A stretch of 15,778 bases of DNA from Candidatus Micrarchaeota archaeon (GTDB lineage Archaea > Micrarchaeota > Micrarchaeia > Norongarragalinales > UBA8480). Shown here piece by piece: positions 7,614 to 14,094 of this stretch. How positions within the stretch are numbered: position 1 is the stretch's first letter; the number at the start of each line of letters is the position of its first letter. The DNA lies in contig JAZDHP010000063.1 in NCBI GenBank assembly GCA_043805855.1, positions 1-15,778 of the forward strand. The letters run 5' to 3'. Both the position numbers and the translations under genes were made by a program. Under the pieces are notes generated by a model. It did not search any database. It worked only from the letters and a program-made list of their open reading frames with translations, and was not told the origin of the DNA.

Positions 7614-10238
7614 TCACTTTAACCCCAACAATCCCTTTAGCAAGGTAGAAATGCTTTTTACAATTTGTGTTACAATATCTGGCTTAACGTGCAAGCCGCG
7701 TTTTATTCCAACGTCTTGGTCAAGTTCGTTAAACCACCCGCGCTTGAGAACTTCCTCACCGTAAAAATCATTAACTTGGTTAGCGGCACTGTAAAGTTTA
7801 AACTGACCTTGCGCGCCCATTATAAAATCGTAGCGCATTAAGTCAAAAGAACTCGAAGCTGAATCAATAGAGCCTTTTTCTTCAATTAAAAAGCGCACAA
7901 AGCTAAATGCCGCGCCGTAGTAAATGTGGTCAAAGTCAACTAAATTCTTGTCCATTTCGTTTTCGTTCAACCACGAAGTTTTGCGAAGAGCGTCGTTTTC
8001 AACAGTATCGAGATAACTTCGTTCAGAGTCAGTTAAGTAGCCAATGAAAATCTCTTCACGCTGTTCAGAAACACTACGCTTTGTAGGCGCGTTGTTCGCT
8101 TTTTTAAACCAGTAAAGATAAGCGCCGTACTCTGCTAAACCTTCGCGGAACCACAGAGGCACGCGTTTATATTCACCGCTTTGATTAAGTGCAAAACCAT
8201 TAAAATGATAGTGAATTAACTCGTGTGCAATTGCGTTTATTTGCATTTCCTCTGGAGAATATCCTCCAAAATTCTTGTAAGTTGACTTGTAAGGCACTGT
8301 CAACGTGTTTGTAACGTCATCCCAACTTGCAGTAGTTTCACTTGCACTCATTTGCAAAGTAATGTACTTATCGTTAGAACGCGGGCCATCGTAATACTGA
8401 GTTAGCGAAATATCATTGAAACCCCGCACTAGCGTCGGGTAAACGTCTTCTTCAATTAACTTCGCAACTGCATCAGCTTCGGGGTTATTCGGCTGTATAA
8501 CCGTAACCAAATCTAAATATTTTGCATTTGTTTGCTGCGTTGAAGGCGGCGGGGTTATTTCTGTTGAAGGCGTTTGAGTTTGATCGCTTGTTGAAGAAGT
8601 TGATTCAGATGAACTTCCACTACTGCAAATTTCAACGTTGTCAAAAGTGTCAAAAAGCTCTCCAAAAGCAGCGTCCCACGCGTCTTTTGCAATGAACGTC
8701 AAATAAAGTTTATCCCTGCCAGCCACATCTACAAACAAATCACACGACTTACTAGTTGAATACTTAGCCAAGCCACAACGAGCTAAAGCAACTGTAGTAT
8801 CTTTAATTACACAATTGTTATCCCAATCCCCTATAGTGCCTCCGCAAGTTGACAATTCTGAACTCTTGTCACTTGAAAACACTAACATTTCAACATAATT
8901 ATCATAGTGAATTTCTCCACTTGTTGTACTTAAGTCTGCTTTTACGTGCAATGTGTCCATTCCAGAAACGTTAATCTCTTTAATTGCATAGGCGCGCCAC
9001 TGCCCTTCTTCATACCCACAGCCAACTTTGAAATGCCCGTTTTCAGCTTCCTGCATCCACGAACGACAAGAGTAACCAGCACGATCGCTTCTAAAAACCT
9101 TCGCGTCACGAAAGTCAACTGCACGACAACCTGAAGCTGGCGAAGAACTTGGAGACTCTAAACCAACTTCATAGGCGTCAGGCGTTACTAAAAAGTGTTC
9201 AGCATTACACTTATAAGTAGCTCCTTTTACAACCACACTTGTTCCAGGAGTTTCAGAACAACACTTTCTATAAACCGGACAGCAAACTCCATTTGCATTT
9301 GTAACAATGCCCTGGTTAGTTGAATAGTCATCGCCGTACAAGTTACAATTCTTTGACTCACACTCTTGATAATAAGTACAACTACCACCGCTAGCCTTTG
9401 GCGGCTCAGTAATGTCCCTAATTACAGTATAATCTGCACTGCACACAACTGCCCCAGAATCTGCATTTACAGAGCCGCGGTTAACATGGCAACACCGGTT
9501 TCCAGCAGCGCAGCACGTTCCACTGCGATCTTCACTTGCGGTTGTGCCAAACCAATTGCAATTACCGGTCAAACATTCAGAATTACCATAGCAAGATTGG
9601 CCAACTGCACGATCAGTAACTGAACCCTTTACACAAACGCCATTTCCAGTGCACTTGTAACCTTCAAACTCCTCGCAATCCCAATTGTGCTTACACGCAC
9701 AAACGCCACTCGTACAAATTCGCGAGTGGCAATCGTTATTCACAGAGCAAGTTTTAACTGAACTTGAAGAAACAGAAGAAGCCGACGTAGTAGACGATGA
9801 ACTTGAAGTAGAGGACGAGCTTGAAGTGGAAGTTGAACTTGACGAACTTGAATATGAAACGCAGTAATGTAATGACGTGTCGCACTTCTCGTAACGACCA
9901 GACCACCCGTTGCAGTCTGAGTTAAACTCACAGCACTGTTTTCCAGCCTCACAGCAAACGAAGTCATGGCAATTGCCAGAAGCGCAAGCCCAATTATCGT
10001 CCATTATATTCAAGCCAATTGCACTGTAACCACAGCCGCCACCGTTTTGAACCCACCCCTTGTCACGGCAATAGCCATTCATAGAAGAAGAGGAGGAACC
10101 CCAGCAAAACTGTCCATCCGGGCAACTAGACTGATAGCCAGGGGTATTACAATTCACAGCAAATACAATAGAAGAACAAAATAAAAGCAAAAGGCAAAAA
10201 GCTAGTTTTAAACCCAAGAGTTTAAATTTAAAAACCAT
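7614..10238 (-). CDS. Secreted Cys-rich protein with C-terminal gluzincin (Peptidase MA-like) metallopeptidase domain, 874 aa
   Basis: ATG 10238 gives a signal peptide (MVFKFKLLGLKLAFCLLLLFCSSIVFA) and sits 23-30 nt below a TATA, so it is preferred over the TTG at 10286. Cys-rich repeats and Ser/Thr linkers are followed by HELIH (8211-8225), PLWFREGLAEY (EGLAEY 8127-8144) and YYGAAFSFVRFL. Ends in an amphipathic C-terminal helix. Confidence 0.85.
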   Translation of the reverse strand: MVFKFKLLGLKLAFCLLLLFCSSIVFAVNCNTPGYQSSCPDGQFCWGSSSSSMNGYCRDKGWVQNGGGCGYSAIGLNIMDDNWACASGNCHDFVCCEAGKQCCEFNSDCNGWSGRYEKCDTSLHYCVSYSSSSSSTSTSSSSSTSSSSSTTSASSVSSSSVKTCSVNNDCHSRICTSGVCACKHNWDCEEFEGYKCTGNGVCVKGSVTDRAVGQSCYGNSECLTGNCNWFGTTASEDRSGTCCAAGNRCCHVNRGSVNADSGAVVCSADYTVIRDITEPPKASGGSCTYYQECESKNCNLYGDDYSTNQGIVTNANGVCCPVYRKCCSETPGTSVVVKGATYKCNAEHFLVTPDAYEVGLESPSSSPASGCRAVDFRDAKVFRSDRAGYSCRSWMQEAENGHFKVGCGYEEGQWRAYAIKEINVSGMDTLHVKADLSTTSGEIHYDNYVEMLVFSSDKSSELSTCGGTIGDWDNNCVIKDTTVALARCGLAKYSTSKSCDLFVDVAGRDKLYLTFIAKDAWDAAFGELFDTFDNVEICSSGSSSESTSSTSDQTQTPSTEITPPPSTQQTNAKYLDLVTVIQPNNPEADAVAKLIEEDVYPTLVRGFNDISLTQYYDGPRSNDKYITLQMSASETTASWDDVTNTLTVPYKSTYKNFGGYSPEEMQINAIAHELIHYHFNGFALNQSGEYKRVPLWFREGLAEYGAYLYWFKKANNAPTKRSVSEQREEIFIGYLTDSERSYLDTVENDALRKTSWLNENEMDKNLVDFDHIYYGAAFSFVRFLIEEKGSIDSASSSFDLMRYDFIMGAQGQFKLYSAANQVNDFYGEEVLKRGWFNELDQDVGIKRGLHVKPDIVTQIVKSISTLLKGLLGLK
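9258..10043 (-). repeat. Three Cys-rich protein repeats in the peptidase N-terminal region
   Basis: GGGC...CASGNC...CCEAGKQCC; GQSC...CLTGNC...CCAAGNRCC; GGSC...CESKNC...CCPVYRKCC. Confidence 0.7.
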
Positions 10239-10260
10239 GAAAAAGACAACTGCACAAGAG

Positions 10261-10268
10261 TATAAAAA
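10261..10268 (-). promoter_or_regulatory. TATA box for the peptidase gene (leaderless)
   Basis: TTTTTATA on the minus strand, 23-30 nt upstream of ATG 10238. Confidence 0.5.
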
Positions 10269-10315
10269 ACACCCAGGCGAAACCAACTAAAAGGCACAGC
10301 GCGCTAATTATTCCA

Positions 10316-10364
10316 ATGATGAAACCGTCCCAGTCTGACTCATGATGACCAAGGTAGCTTCTGA
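10316..10364 (+). ncRNA. Archaeal box C/D methylation-guide sRNA (double guide, predicted 23S rRNA targets)
   Basis: C box ATGATGA (10316-10322), 12-nt guide AACCGTCCCAGT, D' CTGA (10335-10338), CTC spacer, C' ATGATGA (10342-10348), 12-nt guide CCAAGGTAGCTT, D CTGA (10361-10364). Intergenic and followed by a T-tract. Both guides are complementary to conserved 23S domain V sequences as recalled. Confidence 0.92.
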
Positions 10365-10371
10365 CAAAAGA

Positions 10372-10383
10372 TCTTTTTCTTTT
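10372..10383 (+). terminator. Oligo-T terminator after the C/D sRNA
   Basis: TCTTTTTCTTTT 7 nt after the D box. It is the only long plus-strand T-tract in this otherwise A-rich spacer. Confidence 0.55.
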
Positions 10384-10391
10384 ACGAAAAG

Positions 10392-10554
10392 AAAAAGCTC
10401 TTTTAGACTTCAAAAAGAAAAACTAAACTCCAAGAAAAAGAAAAGAACAAAAAGCCCTTTTATACTCCAAAAAGAATTAACTCCGAGAAAAAGAAAACGA
10501 GAAAAAACTCTTTTATACAAAAAGAAAAATTTAGACTTCAAGAAAAAGAAAACG
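10392..10554. repeat. Degenerate A-rich tandem repeat, 3 units of 57/53/53 bp
   Basis: Units start at 10392 (AAAAAGCTCTTTTAGACTTCAAAAAGAA...), 10449 (AAAAAGCCCTTTTATACTCCAAAAAGAA...) and 10502 (AAAAAACTCTTTTATACAAAAAGAA...). Each ends near ACT[TC]C[AG]AGAAAAAGAAAA. Confidence 0.7.
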
Positions 10555-10593
10555 AAAAAACTTATTTCACCAATGATTTAACAGGTTATTTAC

Positions 10594-11661
10594 ATGCAGT
10601 GGTTTGACCAGATTTTAAAAAGTTCCAACGCGGCAATTGAACTAAATGGCAATCTACATTACACGCCGTTTAACCCTTACACTTCTCTATGGCCACTTTA
10701 TTCAAAAGAGTGGCTCGACTGGTTGTACGTTGCGTTTGAAAAAAGCAAGCAAAAAAACTCAACAATTCGCGAGCTGGCGTTTGGCTTCTTGGGACCGCAG
10801 TTAATTAGAAAAACGTTGGTTGACGTCGCGTTCATGTCAAAAGCGTGCAGCTACGACAAACAAAAGACAACTCAACTATTAACCTGGCTTAAGGACATTT
10901 TACTAGAGAAGTGTACTGGCGACCCGTTTGGATTCGAGTCAAACCAAGTGCTCAGTAAAGAAGATTTAAAATATTTAATGCAAATGTTTCCATTTCACCC
11001 GCCAGCTGAAGGCGAAGCACAAGCAGCAATGCAACTAGTGAAAAACTGCGAGGCACTAACTCAAGTTAACTTTCTCTGGAACACTCAAGAGTGGTTCGAC
11101 ACTTACGGCCCATACCCGTTGCCTTCGGGAAGAAAAATAATTCTACACGCATTTACCAATTTCGAGCCAGTTGAAATATTTCCACACGCTGCTGGTTTTG
11201 ACCCGTCGACAATTTATATATATTCAATTCACGACAACGCAGAAATCAAAATAGATTACTACGGGAGAACGAACAGCAAAGCGCCGCTCACGGAAACTAT
11301 GACTAGTTTGTTAATTTTTGAACACGGTAGACTAGTAAAAGACCAAATGCGAATAACTGAGCTAAACGCTTTACTGCAAGAAGAAACACAAAAACAAGCA
11401 ATGCGAATGCAAGCTCTTGACGCGGAACAGTTAAAAGAAAAAGAAGTTGAACTTCATTGTTATATGTACCGTGAACTGTTTAAGCTACTTGAACTTGACT
11501 GGAAGCCAACTGAAGAAATGAAAAACGCAGTAAAAGGCAAAGCGTTGTTGAAATTTGAAACACCAGCTTTTGAAAACGAAACGCAAAAACGCGAATACTG
11601 GAACAAACTGCTTAATCCAAACGATGACTTTTTCCCGCAAGAGCTTAAGCTAGATAATTAA
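10594..11661 (+). CDS. Hypothetical soluble protein (355 aa)
   Basis: Long ORF with globular composition and no signal peptide or TM segment. CGAAAAAACTTATTT (10553-10567) upstream is promoter-like. No family recognised. Confidence 0.85.
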   Translation: MQWFDQILKSSNAAIELNGNLHYTPFNPYTSLWPLYSKEWLDWLYVAFEKSKQKNSTIRELAFGFLGPQLIRKTLVDVAFMSKACSYDKQKTTQLLTWLKDILLEKCTGDPFGFESNQVLSKEDLKYLMQMFPFHPPAEGEAQAAMQLVKNCEALTQVNFLWNTQEWFDTYGPYPLPSGRKIILHAFTNFEPVEIFPHAAGFDPSTIYIYSIHDNAEIKIDYYGRTNSKAPLTETMTSLLIFEHGRLVKDQMRITELNALLQEETQKQAMRMQALDAEQLKEKEVELHCYMYRELFKLLELDWKPTEEMKNAVKGKALLKFETPAFENETQKREYWNKLLNPNDDFFPQELKLDN

Positions 11662-11711
11662 AAAAAAGAAAATAAAAAGAAATTAAAAAAAGCCAAAGGT
11701 TTTCTTTGGCT
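11661..11711 (-). terminator. Hairpin plus T-tract terminator for the 11715-14039 gene
   Basis: AGCCAAAG (11691-11698), GTTTT loop, CTTTGGCT (11704-11711) form a perfect 8-bp stem 3 nt after the TAG. T-runs follow on the minus strand. Confidence 0.6.
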
Positions 11712-11714
11712 AAA

Positions 11715-14039
11715 CTACTTGCCGCCGACAATGTTGGCAAGCATACTGACTATTCCGCCGGCGTTTAACTGACGTGCTTTGGCGTCTTTTTCTAGCGCTG
11801 TAATTTCAGCGTCGAGTTGTGCAAGTTGCTGGTCGCAAACTGGTTTAGCTGCCTCGTTTGCTTTGCTGCAAATATCTTGAAGTGCAGTTTTAGCCGCGTT
11901 TAATTTAACAACTTGTTCCTGTTGCTTCTTTGCAAGTTCAGTTTCTTCTTGTTGGCGCATTCCAAACAACTTCATTAAATCTTTGAGAACGTCAGCGCGT
12001 ATATCTTGCTTTAACTTTTCAAGTTCTCCTGCGGTTAGGACAATTTTGTCACTTGCCGCTGACTTTAGCACTGAATCTTCCTGCGCTCCAGAACTTAAGT
12101 TAAGCCGGTCAAGCATTTCAACAGTGTTTCTCAATGCACCGCTTTGTTGCATTAACGCCATTTTACTGCATTCAACTTGCGCTTTTTGCTTAATGATTTC
12201 AACTACTTTATCGCGAGTCGCTAACTTCTTACAAGCTGTTAACGCGTCTTTAACCATTTTACAGCTTTCAGTTGTTCGCTTCTTACAGTTCTCGTAAGGT
12301 GAACCGTACTTCGCTTGTTCGTCGCAGAAACGGCCGAAGTTGTTGCCATTCATTTGGAATTCGTTCTTACACATTTGTGCAATGTCAGATTCAGACGGTT
12401 GGTTTTGCTTGAAGCCCTCTAAACAACGTGAAATGAACGCTTCTTTAGTACAAACCATTTCACCTTGGCCACCGCCAAAACCGCCTTGTGGCCCCATTGG
12501 ACCCTGTTGACCCATTCCTCCTTGTGGACCAAAATTACCTTGTTGCGGCATCATACCCTGCGGACCAAAATTACCTTGTGGCCCCATTTGGCCGCCCATC
12601 ATCGGGCCAGCTTCAAATAAACCAGTTACACGTGAAGGAGTTTGGTTAACTGGAGGCTGTATTTGATCTGCAACACAAGTTCCAGTTGGACAGCCACCGT
12701 TACTTGGGTTTAACACATAATGTTGCCCTGCGCCACATATCGGCTGTTGCGGACAAGGCTGTTGACCACCTGGAGGCATTTGAGTGTCTGGTATACAAAC
12801 TAAAGCCTGACAGCCATTGGGAGATGGAGAACCTGTAACGCTAGTTTCAATATGTTGTCCAGCACCGCATGTTGGCGCAGGCAGACACTGGCCTGAACCA
12901 GTACCAGTAGTTCCAGCTACACATTCATAACGCTGGCAATTGTTTGAGTCCATTCCACGTTGTTCAGAACGCTGCCCAGAACCACACATTGGGGGTTGCG
13001 GACAATTCATAATAGGAGGTTGTTGTCCAGATATGCATTCGTAATTTGGACAGCTACCAGCTTGTCCAGATCCACTTGACCTTGGATATTGACCAGAAGG
13101 ACATTGAGGTTGTGGACATTGCATATTCTGTTGACCCATTTGACCTTGTTGGTTCATTTGTCCTGGCTGTTGCCACTGGCCTTGCTGGTTATTCATTTGC
13201 GGGCCCATTTGACCTTGTTGATTATTAGATTGGCTACATTGTTGGGTTATTCTCTTGCCTTCCATTAGCCACGCGTTTTCACATGAAAGCGTAGCCATTT
13301 TATCTTGGCCAGTAAAGCGTTTACTACACATTGCAATGTACTTAGTTTCGTCAAACGGACAAGTTACCTCTTCACCGTTTGGACCGCGGGGGCCGCCCAT
13401 TGACTTTAAATCTTCACACATTATACTTGCTTTTTCACAGCGCTGTACCCCGTTTTCAAGTTGCTTGCATAAACTAGCAAAGTCAGAATCTTTAAACGTG
13501 GCACTTACCGTAGAAGCGATTTTGTCAACATCTGGACAAAGTGGTTTCAAAGTTTGCTCCGGGTTGCCAATTTTCTGGAATAGAATTGGACCAATAAAAC
13601 CCATTACCATATCTTCTTCGCTTAAACCTTGAAAATCAGGAATATAAGATGGGCCAAAGTTAACATTCACACCCTGCATAACTTGAACTTGTTTCATATC
13701 TTGACCTTGCGGCATCATTGGACCGCCAAAATTAGACGCTTGTCCAAAACCACCGCCTTCAAAATTAGGTGGAGACATATCACCAGGAAAACCAGGGCCA
13801 GTTCCAGGCGCGTAATTTGGGCCACCGCCCATACCTTGACCGCCGTCAAAGCCTCCTCCCTGAGGGCCCATACCTGGACCTTGAGGACCGCCAAAATCAC
13901 CGCCTTACGGACCCATTTGACCGGGGTTGCCATTTGGACCGCCGGCACCAGCTTGGCCAAACGGGCCAGGTTGGAACTGTGCTGAAACCAGCGCAGTTAC
14001 AAGTAATAAAATTGTAGAAATTACAGCTACGTTTTTCAT
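11715..14039 (-). CDS. Putative secreted Cys-rich, Gly/Gln/Pro/Met-rich surface protein (774 codons), interrupted by an in-frame TAA at codon 45 (candidate pseudogene or sequence error)
   Basis: ATG 14039 encodes a signal peptide MKNVAVISTILLLVTALVSA|QF, in frame with the 718-aa ORF starting at 13871. The only stop between them is TAA at 13905-13907, in GQMGP*GGDFGGPQG. The protein has MGPQG repeats, four 4-Cys repeats, and a helical Cys/coiled-coil C-terminus ending NAGGIVSMLANIVGGK. Confidence 0.8.
12484..12588 (-). repeat. DNA direct repeats encoding the QGNFGP / MGPQG low-complexity units
   Basis: GGACCAAAATTACCTTGT is exact at 12526-12543 and 12562-12579. CCTTGTGGCCCCATT occurs at 12484-12498 and 12574-12588. 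Confidence 0.7.
12675..13118 (-). repeat. Four tandem 4-Cys protein repeats (C-x4-5-C-x2-GQ...C-x4-C)
   Basis: CPQPQCPSGQ...CPNYEC; CPQPPMCGSGQ...CQRYEC; CLPAPTCGAGQ...CQALVC; CPQQPICGAGQ...CPTGTC. Confidence 0.75.
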
Positions 14040-14058
14040 GAAAAAACTAAGCATTATG

Positions 14059-14076
14059 TATATAAAAGTCTTTGCG
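14059..14076 (-). promoter_or_regulatory. BRE/TATA promoter for the 14039 gene (leaderless)
   Basis: The minus strand reads CGCAAAGAC-TTTTATATA, with the TATA 20-28 nt upstream of ATG 14039. The CGCAAA BRE-like core matches the one at 2884. Confidence 0.65.
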
Positions 14077-14094
14077 CTGCTTCCAACAAATTCA

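Noticed and set aside
9685..9867. Acidic Glu/Asp-rich plus-strand ORF
   Set aside because: It is the antisense shadow of the poly-Ser linker in the peptidase gene.
10239..10286. TTG start at 10286 for the peptidase
   Set aside because: The extension runs through the TATA box. ATG 10238 gives a cleaner signal peptide at the right distance from the TATA.
10366..10377. Perfect 12-bp palindrome AAAAGATCTTTT
   Set aside because: It is low-complexity, occurs once, and overlaps the sRNA terminator tract, which is not enough to call an operator.
10228..10413. 61-aa minus-strand ORF with a hydrophobic tail
   Set aside because: It is antisense to the C/D sRNA and overlaps the peptidase promoter and start. 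The hydrophobicity reflects T-rich DNA.
10392..10554. Possible CRISPR array or replication origin
   Set aside because: The units are degenerate along their whole length with no constant repeat plus unique spacer pattern. There are no cas genes, no ORB-like G-string motif and no cdc6/orc1 in the window.
10342..10581. 79-aa Lys-rich ORF (MMTKVASDKR...)
   Set aside because: Its ATGATG start is the C' box of the sRNA, and its Lys content simply translates the A-rich repeat array.
13905..13907. Genome-wide TAA-to-Gln recoding
   Set aside because: TAA ends conserved genes at the expected C-termini (EamA 1772-1774, deaminase 3265-3267, hppA 4855-4857), and TGA and TAG also act as stops. The standard code applies.
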